11,944 nucleotides of DNA from Armatimonadota bacterium (GTDB lineage Bacteria; Armatimonadota; Armatimonadia; Armatimonadales; Armatimonadaceae): NCBI GenBank assembly GCA_043754515.1, contig JAYUUO010000141.1, positions 1 to 11,944 of the forward strand, in the 5' to 3' direction. A program made the translations under genes and the position numbers. A model generated the notes under the pieces. That model did no database searches. It worked only from the letters and a program-made list of their open reading frames with translations, and had not been told where the DNA came from. Shown here piece by piece: positions 1 to 7,964 of this stretch. Each line of letters begins with the position of its first letter. Position 1 is the first letter of the stretch.

Positions 1-40
1 CCGCATGACCTAACCGGCTTATGCCTTACTCGGGGCGCGG

Positions 41-637
41 TTATCGCGCGCCCTTCACTATCGCTTTGAGAATCTCGACTATAGTCTCGATTTCGGCGAG
101 CGTGTACTCATGTGTGTCCAGGGTCAGCGCGGAGCCGTCGAGGCGCAGGAATAGCCACGTCGTCTCCGTCGTCGCGATGCCATGAATCGAACCCGGGGCG
201 TCGCTCCGGTCATTCAGCATTCGCACCGCGACCATTTCCGCGACACACTGGCCGAGGCCGGAGTGGACGTTATCGTTCTTCGCCTCGGTGACGGCCACGA
301 ACGGTGATCGCACCATGGACTGTACATCTCCCCGTGTAAGCAGGAAGCCGCAGATGCCGGTCAGCCCCGCAAGCGCGTCGGCCTTGAGTCATACCCCGCT
401 AAACAAACCGAACTCCATCCCCATCACCTGTAGTTCCAGAAGCACCAGGGCGATAATCAGCTCATAGCGTGGCTTCTCCGTGTTCGTCGCCTGGGCAACA
501 GCGGCACCGATGGCAAGTCGGTTCCGAAAGCCAGGGTCTAGGATTACCGGCGCGACACCCCCGTGTAGGTCGTGTTCCCGCGACGTCAGTTGCAGGTCAT
601 TCAGCACGGCGGGGTAGGGAAAATCCTCGAAACTCAT
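41..637 (-). pseudogene. Restriction-endonuclease-like (PD-(D/E)XK-type) conserved hypothetical protein of about 198 codons, interrupted by one in-frame TGA at 389-391
   Basis: ORFs 389..637 and 41..316 are in the same frame. Reading through the TGA gives FSGV*LKADALAGLTGICGFLLTRGDVQSMVRSPFVAVTEAK...GLGQCVAEM. This resembles a widespread family of about 200 aa with NxEK, FSG, CD(F/Y), EAK and GQC-x-AEM motifs (recalled, not searched). SD-like AAAGGCGG lies upstream of ATG 637. Confidence 0.7.
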
Positions 638-665
638 GCGCTATTCGTCCGCCTTTCGCGGCGCT

Positions 666-673
666 ATTGTACC
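666..673 (-). promoter_or_regulatory. Candidate -10 box (ggTACAAT) for the 41..637 gene
   Basis: TACAAT at 666-671 on the - strand, 28 nt upstream of the ATG. No convincing -35 box. Confidence 0.4.
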
Positions 674-846
674 GGATGGCCCCGAACTGCCGCGCCTCTG
701 AAATCAGGCACCCTTGTCTGCTGTAACGAAAATCCGAGCGCGTGAAAATACTTAGCAAAAGCGGTCCCTGGCGTGGAACAATTAGCACGCAAGCAGCGTC
801 GCACAAGCAGTCGGATATCGTAGAAGAATTCGCGGAGGTATCTCTC

Positions 847-1167
847 ATGTCGGATAAACGGGTGCCGGATAAACGAGTAGAGGAGTGGAAGGAAGCGGTG
901 GGGCACGGTGCCAGCACCACCATCCATCAACTCCAGGGTGTCGCTCAGGAAACGAAGAAGGAGTTCGGGGCGTTGTGGCAAAACGCCGACGAACGGGACG
1001 ATCTGCTACGCACCCTTTTCTGGTGCGTCGCTATTCTGATCGGGGTAAGCGTGCTGGTGATTGTCACCGGATGGATGCCGTTATGGGCGCGTCTGCTGGT
1101 GATTTTCCTCACGCTGGGCATTCTCGGACGCTGGCTGATGAGTAAAATCTCTGACAGCGACGGATAA
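847..1167 (+). CDS. Small hypothetical membrane protein (106 aa, two C-terminal hydrophobic helices)
   Basis: GGAGG at 834-838 precedes ATG 847, which is preferred over the track start at 742. A charged N-terminus is followed by the TM-like segments LFWCVAILIGVSVLVIVTGW and LLVIFLTLGILGRWLM. Confidence 0.7.
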   Translation: MSDKRVPDKRVEEWKEAVGHGASTTIHQLQGVAQETKKEFGALWQNADERDDLLRTLFWCVAILIGVSVLVIVTGWMPLWARLLVIFLTLGILGRWLMSKISDSDG

Positions 1168-1980
1168 AGCCATCGGTGACAATCCCCGCGCCCGGCAGAG
1201 TGCTAGGAGCGCGGGAAGGGCGTCCACGGCGACCGGTGAATCCGGACGCTCGTGTAGCAAAACTATTGCGCCGGGGGCGAGACTCGCGGACGCCCACTCC
1301 AAAAGCCACTCCGCCGTAATCGGGTCGTAATCGCGCGGGTCTAACGACCACGAGGCGAACACGAAGCCGAGCCGCCCGGCCGCCCGTGCCACTGTCGCGG
1401 TCTTAAACCCGTATGGTGGCCGCAGAAGTAGCGGGCGCGGCAACCGTATGTCTGCCGCCGCTTCGATCAACGCCACCGCCTCCGTCAGTTCCCGCTCGAT
1501 CTCGTGCTCGCTCTGTAGCACCATCGTTCGGTGACGCAAACCGTGTATCCCCACCATGTGCCCTTCCGCCGCGATGCGCCGCGTGATCTCCGGGTACCGC
1601 GCCGCGCGTTCCCCGACCAGAAAGAAAGTCGCCCGCGCGTCCGCGTCGCGGAGCGCGTCCAAAATACGCGGCGTCGTGTCGGGATGCGGCCCGTCGTCGA
1701 ACGTCAGCGCGACGGCGTTCCTGCAATCCACCGGCAGTCGCGCGATTTGCGTGCCGCCGGGATAGGTCGTTCGCGGGTTGAAGGTGCGCGCGTAATATAC
1801 CGACAAGCCCGCCGTGACGATGACGCCGCCCGCGCCGCACAGCATCGGTAGGAGCGCGGGCGGGACGAAAACGGCGAGCGTGGCGAGTAGTACCGCCGCC
1901 GCGCCGCCGACCTGCGCGGCGCGAACGGCGATGATCCGCGTCACCGGGTTCGGCGGGCGCGGCTCCCCCCAGGCGTTCAC
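1081..1980 (-). CDS. Membrane-anchored polysaccharide deacetylase (CE4/NodB domain), about 299 aa
   Basis: All five CE4 motifs are present: TFDDGP, HGLRH, RPPYG, DPRDY and LLH. There are two N-terminal hydrophobic segments. The GTG start at 1980 overlaps the upstream TGA (GTGA, 1977-1980). Confidence 0.9.
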   Translation of the reverse strand: MNAWGEPRPPNPVTRIIAVRAAQVGGAAAVLLATLAVFVPPALLPMLCGAGGVIVTAGLSVYYARTFNPRTTYPGGTQIARLPVDCRNAVALTFDDGPHPDTTPRILDALRDADARATFFLVGERAARYPEITRRIAAEGHMVGIHGLRHRTMVLQSEHEIERELTEAVALIEAAADIRLPRPLLLRPPYGFKTATVARAAGRLGFVFASWSLDPRDYDPITAEWLLEWASASLAPGAIVLLHERPDSPVAVDALPALLALCRARGLSPMALSVAVRDFTHQPASENAQREENHQQTRP

Positions 1981-3527
1981 GGCTTCGGACGCGTTTTGCC
2001 TTTGTTCGGGGTAACCGTATGCGCCGTGATCCAATCCCCGATTATCGTCAGGACTTCTGGGGAGAACGTTTCCGTGATCTGCGCATACTCTGCCGGTGAG
2101 CCGGTCGTCGCGTGCTGAAACAGGTGATTCAGGCCCGGCATTTCCCGGATCGTCACGTCCTTGTCGCCCGCTTTCTTCAGCGACGCCCGGATCGGCGGAA
2201 GATTGTCCGCTGGCAGAACTTGCAAATCCTTCGAGCCGTTCAGAGCGAGTACCGGGCATGTCACCGATTGTAGCACGGTCGCCGGATCAAATGCCAGGAA
2301 GTATCGAAACCAGGGCGAGGCGAACAGGGAGTAGGCACCTTCTAGCCGGGTGGACATTGCGCCGCGCTGGTCTTCCGGGAGCGCGGCGACCTCGCGGGCG
2401 ATCATGGCTTTGAGTTTTTCCCGCGTCGCCGCCTCATCCCCGCCGCCTCTGACGATCGCGAACGCCGAGCGGGTCAGCCGCTCGTTCTCTGCCATGCCCG
2501 CGTCGCTCGCGCCCATTGTCCGTGCGATAGCCTTTTGTTGTCCCAGAATAACGTCCGCGCCGGAAACGCCGGTACCCGCGAGGAGCACCAGAAACGCGAC
2601 CTCCGGGTTGGTAACCGCGACCATCGGCGCGATCAAGCCGCCCTCGCTATGCCCGATCAGCCCGATACGCCGGGCGTCAATCTTTTCGCGCGTCTTCAGG
2701 AATGCGACTCCGGCGCGGGTGTCATCCGCGAAATCGGCGGTAGTAGACGCCGCGAAGTCGCCGCCCGACTTGCCGATGCCCCGGTCATCCACGCGTAGCG
2801 ACGCGATCCCGCGCCGCGCCAAATAGTCCGCGATCACGGCGAAAGGTCGGTGTCCTAGAATCATCTCATCCCGGTCTTGTTGCCCTGACCCGGTGATGAA
2901 CAGCACGACAGGGAACGGACCAGCACCCTTCGGCAAGGCGAGTGTCCCGCCCAGCACGACGCCCGGTGCTTTCGCCTTCGTATTTGTGTACGACACCTCC
3001 TCCGTCTGGTACGGGAACGGCGGCTTTGGCGTCTGCGGCCGCGCCAGCACCATCGGCTTCTCGGTACGGGTCAGGGTAAGCGGGAAGCTCTGCCCGTGCT
3101 GCGTAAAGGTGCCGACGATGGTGTTGCCGTCCGCGCTACGCTTCCCCGAAAAAGTCGCGCCGAGCAGGTCGAGCGCGAACGTCACCGACTCACCGTTCAC
3201 CGTGGTTTTCGTAACGGGGAGGACGCGTCTGCCCTGCTCCAGCACCGCAAGCGTCGCCGTCAGGGCGGTGTCCGCGCCCGTGACCCGGAAAACCAGCGTC
3301 AGCGAAAGTAGCGGCGTCGGCTTGATCGCCCCCTGGTAGATCCCCGCGAGCGCCGCGGGCTTCGCGGCAGGGATAGTGGGGGTGGGTGGGACCGGCGTGG
3401 TTTGGGCGACGGCGGCCGGCGCGAGAATGAGACTCGTCATAACAGTGATGAGTGCGGTGGACGCGAGGCGACCGGCGATGGTGGGACGAGCGATTAGGCT
3501 AGCGGTAAGGCTAGTATCAGGGCGCAT
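1977..3527 (-). CDS. Secreted alpha/beta-fold serine hydrolase (peptidase/esterase), 516 aa
   Basis: Nucleophile elbow GHSEGG, Asp in GSKDLQV, His in GLNHLFQ, plus GSGQQDRD and DDRGIGKSGG motifs. Signal-peptide-like N-terminus ending AVA-Q followed by a Pro-rich linker. Purine-rich AAGGGAAGGA upstream of ATG 3527. Confidence 0.9.
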   Translation of the reverse strand: MRPDTSLTASLIARPTIAGRLASTALITVMTSLILAPAAVAQTTPVPPTPTIPAAKPAALAGIYQGAIKPTPLLSLTLVFRVTGADTALTATLAVLEQGRRVLPVTKTTVNGESVTFALDLLGATFSGKRSADGNTIVGTFTQHGQSFPLTLTRTEKPMVLARPQTPKPPFPYQTEEVSYTNTKAKAPGVVLGGTLALPKGAGPFPVVLFITGSGQQDRDEMILGHRPFAVIADYLARRGIASLRVDDRGIGKSGGDFAASTTADFADDTRAGVAFLKTREKIDARRIGLIGHSEGGLIAPMVAVTNPEVAFLVLLAGTGVSGADVILGQQKAIARTMGASDAGMAENERLTRSAFAIVRGGGDEAATREKLKAMIAREVAALPEDQRGAMSTRLEGAYSLFASPWFRYFLAFDPATVLQSVTCPVLALNGSKDLQVLPADNLPPIRASLKKAGDKDVTIREMPGLNHLFQHATTGSPAEYAQITETFSPEVLTIIGDWITAHTVTPNKGKTRPKP

Positions 3528-3675
3528 GATGTAAATTATTTCCTTCCCTTCAGAGACAGATAAAGGCACGATCCGGTTGCGGGTGGCGGGGTTCGGAGTG
3601 GCGGGAAGGGCGCGACAACACGCACACACGCGCTCCCCGAGTAAACTAACTAAACACTCATCCGCCGCCCTACCG

Positions 3676-3692
3676 GGTACACTGGCCCCATG
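3676..3692 (+). promoter_or_regulatory. Leaderless-type promoter: ggTACACT -10 box 6 nt before ATG 3690
   Basis: TACACT at 3678-3683, then GGCCCC, then ATG. No SD sequence is visible. Confidence 0.6.
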
Positions 3693-5609
3693 ACCCTTTC
3701 CGCCGAAACGCTCGCCGATTACTCCTCCGCCTCCCGCCGCGAATGGCTCTGTGCTAACGGGACCGGCTCGTTCGCCACGGGGACAGTCGCGGGGGTAGCG
3801 ACGCGCCGCTACCACGCCCTGCTCGTCGCCGCCCTCCATCCCCCAACCTCGCGAATGACACTACTGTCGCACCTGCACGAAACGGTCACGGTGAACGGCG
3901 TCGCCTTTGATTTGCACACCGGTCGTTACACCGACGGCACCCTGCACCCGCAAGGCTGGCACTACGTCGCGGGCTTCGACGATCTGCCGGTTCCGACCTG
4001 GCGGTTCGACTTCCCCGGCGGCCTGCGTATCGTGAAACGCGTCTTCCTCGCGCCCGGCAAGAACACCGTGTACATCTCCTACGAGCGGATCGGCGGCACC
4101 GAAGTTGACCTGACGCTCGCGCCGCTGGTCGCCTGGAAGGATTACCACGGTGAGATGCGCCCGTGGAACGGTTTTCCCATGCGGCAGGGCTTCTGTGAGA
4201 ACGGGTTCGAGGAGCAGGCGACCCCCGACGCACCCGTGTTGCGCCTCCTCCTGCCCGGCGCGAAATGGGCGCGCGCCAACTGGTGGCATTCCCACAACTG
4301 GCACGAGCGGGAGGCCGAACGCGGTCAGGACGCGGTCGAGGATCTGTACTGCCCCGCGACCGCGACGATCAGCCTGAGTAACACCGGCGAGCCAGTAGTG
4401 TTTATAGGCACCATCGAAGCGGACGAGCCGGAACCCGCGAGTGTGGTGCTGGCGCGGATTATCCAGCGGCAAGACGAGCTACTAGCCGCCGCCAGTATCG
4501 CGTCCGGCGACGCGGCGGCGCGGCAACTCGTGGTCGTGTCGGACCAATTTATCGTGCGCGGCGACCACCTGCGCACCACGATTCTGGCGGGCTACCCGTG
4601 GTTCACCGACTGGGGGCGCGATACGTTCATCGCCCTGCCCGGTTTGTGCCTCGCCACTGGTCGCCCTCAGGTCGCCCGCGAAATCCTGCTGGCGTTCGCC
4701 GAACACGTCTCCGAGGGCATGATCCCGAACCGATTCCCCGACGCGGGCGAGACACCCGATTACAACACGGTGGACGCGACCCTCTGGTTTATCCATGCCT
4801 GCGACGCCTACGTCCGGGCGACGGATGACGCGGAGTTCCGAACCCGGCTCGCCCCGATCTTGCGCGACATCATCGCGCATCACGACGCGGGGACGCGCTA
4901 CGGTATCCGCGTTGATCCCGAGGATGGGCTACTCGCGGCGGGTCAGCCGGGGGTGCAACTGACCTGGATGGACGCGAAGATCGGCGACTATGTGGTCACG
5001 CCGCGCATCGGGAAGCCGGTCGAGGTGAACGCGCTCTGGCTCCACGCTCTGACCGTCGTCGCCGACTTTTCAGGCGACGAGACCTACCGTGTACGCGCGA
5101 CCGCCGCCGCCGCGCGGTTCCGCGAGAAGTTCGTCCGCCCAAACGGTGGCGGGCTGTACGACTGCCTCGCGCCGAGCGGCGCGCCCGACTCAGCCATCCG
5201 CCCGAACCAGATCATCGCCGCCGCCCTGCCGACCAGCCCGCTAACGCCGGATGAGGCTCGGGCCGTGGTAGACACGGTAGGTCGCGAACTACTGACCCCT
5301 TACGGTCTGCGCACCCTGTCCCCGAACGACCCCGCCTACCGCGCCCGCTACGAGGGCGACGCACGGAGCCGCGACTCGGCCTACCATCAGGGAACGGTCT
5401 GGCCCTGGCTACTCGGCCCGTACGCCGACGCGCGGCGCAAGGTTTACGGCGACGGGATCAACCTGTCCGAACTACTCGCGAGCATGACGGAATACGGCGT
5501 CGGCGGCATCGCCGAGGTGTACGACGGCTCGGAGCCGCGCCGCCCGAACGGGTGCCCGTGGCAGGCATGGAGCGTAGCGGAGGTATTGCGGGTTCATTTG
5601 GGGCGGTAG
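3690..5609 (+). CDS. Glycogen debranching enzyme / amylo-alpha-1,6-glucosidase (archaeal-type, GDE_N + GDE_C), 639 aa
   Basis: Motifs EWLCANGTG, TRRYHALL, AGYPWFTDWGRDT, GMIPNRFP, QLTWMDAK, YHQGTVWPWL and GCPWQAWSVAE. Confidence 0.93.
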   Translation: MTLSAETLADYSSASRREWLCANGTGSFATGTVAGVATRRYHALLVAALHPPTSRMTLLSHLHETVTVNGVAFDLHTGRYTDGTLHPQGWHYVAGFDDLPVPTWRFDFPGGLRIVKRVFLAPGKNTVYISYERIGGTEVDLTLAPLVAWKDYHGEMRPWNGFPMRQGFCENGFEEQATPDAPVLRLLLPGAKWARANWWHSHNWHEREAERGQDAVEDLYCPATATISLSNTGEPVVFIGTIEADEPEPASVVLARIIQRQDELLAAASIASGDAAARQLVVVSDQFIVRGDHLRTTILAGYPWFTDWGRDTFIALPGLCLATGRPQVAREILLAFAEHVSEGMIPNRFPDAGETPDYNTVDATLWFIHACDAYVRATDDAEFRTRLAPILRDIIAHHDAGTRYGIRVDPEDGLLAAGQPGVQLTWMDAKIGDYVVTPRIGKPVEVNALWLHALTVVADFSGDETYRVRATAAAARFREKFVRPNGGGLYDCLAPSGAPDSAIRPNQIIAAALPTSPLTPDEARAVVDTVGRELLTPYGLRTLSPNDPAYRARYEGDARSRDSAYHQGTVWPWLLGPYADARRKVYGDGINLSELLASMTEYGVGGIAEVYDGSEPRRPNGCPWQAWSVAEVLRVHLGR

Positions 5610-5693
5610 TCGGCGGGGCGCGGGCGTTGTTGTCGGCGGGCGGGGGCACGACTACCGGCCCGCGCCCCGCCGACTACCGCCCCAAATGAACCC
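5590..5693. repeat. Perfect 36-bp inverted repeat (5590-5625 / 5658-5693) with a 32-nt spacer between convergent genes; REP-like element or possible bidirectional terminator
   Basis: GGGTTCATTTGGGGCGGTAGTCGGCGGGGCGCGGGC is followed by its exact reverse complement. No U-tract on either side. Confidence 0.9.
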
Positions 5694-6875
5694 CTACCGC
5701 TGATCTATCCCGACGAACTTCAGATCGCGCGGCCCGATATACACCGACGCCGGGCGGATTAGTCGCTGGTCTTCGAGTTGGTCAATCATGTGCGCGGTCC
5801 AGCCCGATGTCCGGCCTATCGCAAAGATCGGCGTGAACAACTCGGACGGCACCCCGACCGCGTGCAGGATCAGCGCGGCGTACAGCTCGACATTCGCGAA
5901 CAGGTCGCGGCCCGGCTTCAACTCCGCGAGCACCTTCACCGTGGTATCCTCGACCGCGCGGGTCAGCGTCAGCAGGTTCGCCACGTTTTCGTCGTGCGCT
6001 ACGTGCGCCATCCGGTCCGCCGCGTCCGATAGTAGCTCGGCACGCGGGTCACGCACTTTATAGACCCGGTGTCCGAAGCCCATGATGCGGCGGTTCGCGC
6101 CCATCTCGCCGCGTATGAATGCGTCCGCCTTCTCCGGCGTCCCTATTTCCTGGAGCATCTTCAGCACCGGTCCTGGCACGCCGCCATGCTTCGGGCCTTT
6201 GAGCGCGCCGATGGCGGCGGTCAGCGCGGATACCATGTCGGAATCGGTGCTCATCACGACGCGCCCGGTGAATGTCGAAGCATTCAAGCCGTGCTCCGCA
6301 ACCGCGACTAGGTACGCGTTCAAGCCCGCCACCCGCGCGGCGGACGGCTCCTCGCCCTCCAGCATGTACAGGAAACCCTCGGCAAGCCCATGTTCCGGCT
6401 TCGGCTCAACGATCGGCTTGCCCTGCTTGATCCGGTACGAGTGCGCGACGATCGCGGGTATCTGCGCCTGGAGCCGGGCGGCACGCTTGCGGCAACCGTC
6501 AATATCGAGGCTGTCTACCGAATCGTCCCCGATGGACAGCATCGCCGCGCCCATCCGCAAAATGTGCATGCCGTCGGCGTGCGGCGCGAGTGCCTTCAGC
6601 GCGTCCATTATGGGAGCGGGAAGCGCGCGAGCGGTCCGCATCACGCCTGTCAGCGCGTCGAACTCGGAGCGCGTCGGTAGTTTACCGTTCCAGAGCAGGT
6701 AGCAGACCTCCTCAAACTGGACGTTGCCGGAAAGCTCGGAAATGTCGTACCCGCGCAGGGTCAGCTTGCCTTTTTCTCCGTCCACTTCGGCGATCTTGGT
6801 CGCGGCGGCGACGATGCCTTCGAGACCTTTGGCAACCTGCGGGGGCGGTTTGTTTTCATCGGTGGCGGCAGACAT
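5694..6875 (-). CDS. citA: Citrate synthase, short CitA / Bacillus CS-I-like type, 393 aa
   Basis: Motifs GLEGI, LRGY, EHGLNAST, GPKHGG, MGFGHRVYKVRDPR, NVELY and GWTAH. The family is certain, but the symbol is inferred from the NVE variant and the length. Confidence 0.93.
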   Translation of the reverse strand: MSAATDENKPPPQVAKGLEGIVAAATKIAEVDGEKGKLTLRGYDISELSGNVQFEEVCYLLWNGKLPTRSEFDALTGVMRTARALPAPIMDALKALAPHADGMHILRMGAAMLSIGDDSVDSLDIDGCRKRAARLQAQIPAIVAHSYRIKQGKPIVEPKPEHGLAEGFLYMLEGEEPSAARVAGLNAYLVAVAEHGLNASTFTGRVVMSTDSDMVSALTAAIGALKGPKHGGVPGPVLKMLQEIGTPEKADAFIRGEMGANRRIMGFGHRVYKVRDPRAELLSDAADRMAHVAHDENVANLLTLTRAVEDTTVKVLAELKPGRDLFANVELYAALILHAVGVPSELFTPIFAIGRTSGWTAHMIDQLEDQRLIRPASVYIGPRDLKFVGIDQR

Positions 6876-6984
6876 GATGGTGTTGTGTTCCTCACTAGTA
6901 TTCCCGCGCCCGCGTTCTCATTTCGCGGCGTGGCTAAAAAAATAGGGCCACAGGCGGGGGGAAGATCCGCGCGACGACCGCGTG

Positions 6985-7014
6985 ATTGTAGACGAAAACA
7001 GGGCTATTTGTCAA
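6985..7014 (-). promoter_or_regulatory. Sigma70-type promoter for citrate synthase: TTGACA-N18-TACAAT
   Basis: Perfect -35 at 7009-7014 and 5/6 -10 at 6985-6990 on the - strand, about 110 nt upstream of ATG 6875. Confidence 0.75.
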
Positions 7015-7042
7015 CAAGCCGATAGCCCCGCCAGGGCGATTC

Positions 7043-7294
7043 CGATTGGCTCATAGTTTGGTTGTTTGTCCGGCGAGCGGGCGTGGGCGACCGCCACCTC
7101 CCTTCGGGGCGGGCGTGACGTGCTCAACTAAGGTCGAAGACCGACCCGCGCGAAGCGCGCCGGGTACCCGCTCGCGGGTGGGAACAGTTCACTGTCCGCC
7201 GACCACCGGATGCCGCCCGCCCGCCCCGGAACCGCACGCCGTCCCGACGCCCACGCCCGCTCGTCGGATAAACAACCAAATTATGAGCCAATCG
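7043..7294. repeat. 252-nt foldback element: 47-bp terminal inverted repeat (7043-7089 / 7248-7294), nested 13-bp stem (7103-7115 / 7218-7230) and internal mini-hairpins; candidate structured ncRNA or MITE/REPIN-like element
   Basis: 44 of 47 terminal positions are Watson-Crick and the other three are G-T on the + strand (7056/7281, 7068/7269, 7073/7264). The nested stem has one T-G pair (7104/7229). The repeat is directly seen, but its function is not. Confidence 0.85.
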
Positions 7295-7964
7295 CTCCAT
7301 CGAGCCGCCGCGCGACATCCATTCGCCCTCCCGATGCCGACGCGGTTTCCCGCTCCCGTGCCGCGCGTAGCCGCCCGATCGCCCGCGCGAGTTTCGCCTG
7401 GTTCTCGGCACTGTTGAGCCAGGTACTCGCGCCGGACGAATGGGGTAACGGGATCATCACGCGTCCCTCGACTTCGTAGGTGTCGCCGATCAGCTCGCCG
7501 AGCGGGGCGCGGGACAGGAACGTCGCGATGGCTAGTCCGCCGAACAGCACCAGCACGGGCGGCTTCACCGTTTCCAGTTCGGCATCGAGCCACGGGCGGC
7601 ATAACGTCTGCTCGGCGCGGGACGGTAACCTATCCGTGGACATGCCCGGCTTGCGCCCCGGAAAGCATTTCGTGATCGCCGCGAAGTAGATGCGGGTCCC
7701 GAAGTCGGCCTCGTCAAAGCCCGCCTGAACGAACCACGAGCGCAGTTTGCGCCCTGCCGGACCGTGGTACATCCCGCCGGTTTCATGGTCGGTGCGGGAC
7801 GGTGCTTGTCCGATAATGAAGAAACCCGCGTCCGCCGTCCCGCGCGTTAAAGGACGCGCCGCTTCGATATACCCCGCCTCTTGACAGGCGCGGCAGGCGC
7901 GGATCTCGTCCTGTAGCACCGCGAGCGGCGTTCGCCGGTCGGACGCGAACCGCGCGTCGCTCAT
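7281..7964 (-). CDS. Uracil-DNA glycosylase superfamily protein (family 4/5-like, probable Fe-S), 227 aa
   Basis: N-terminal CRAC, IIGQAPS, TKCFPG, a later C(RPWL) and LPHSSG. ATG 7964 overlaps the upstream TGA (ATGA, 7961-7964). Confidence 0.88.
   Translation of the reverse strand: MSDARFASDRRTPLAVLQDEIRACRACQEAGYIEAARPLTRGTADAGFFIIGQAPSRTDHETGGMYHGPAGRKLRSWFVQAGFDEADFGTRIYFAAITKCFPGRKPGMSTDRLPSRAEQTLCRPWLDAELETVKPPVLVLFGGLAIATFLSRAPLGELIGDTYEVEGRVMIPLPHSSGASTWLNSAENQAKLARAIGRLRAARERETASASGGRMDVARRLDGAIGS

Noticed and set aside
389..391. Selenocysteine recoding of the in-frame TGA
   Set aside because: The protein is not a redox-type family, I do not recall Cys at this position in homologues, and no convincing bacterial SECIS hairpin follows the codon.
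3528..3839. N-terminal extension of the hydrolase ORF to 3839, and of the deacetylase to 2259
   Set aside because: The extensions overlap neighbouring genuine genes and look like antisense or off-frame sequence. Better starts exist at 3527 (SD plus signal peptide) and 1980 (GTGA coupling).
7043..7294. 6S RNA, retron msr-msd or IS200/IS605 omega-RNA as the identity of the foldback
   Set aside because: The rod-plus-bubble shape recalls 6S, but the element is longer, has an uninterrupted stem, and has no + strand promoter or 6S motif that I can recognise. There is no RT, TnpB or IscB gene nearby. TTCAC (7188-7192) after a hairpin resembles an IS605 right end but is absent from the second motif copy. 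These identities are not excluded without cmscan.
7046..7602. ORFs 7046..7417, 7124..7411, 7189..7602 and 7210..7479 across the foldback
   Set aside because: They are Pro/Arg-rich, have no recognisable domain or RBS, and are expected by chance in GC-rich palindromic DNA.
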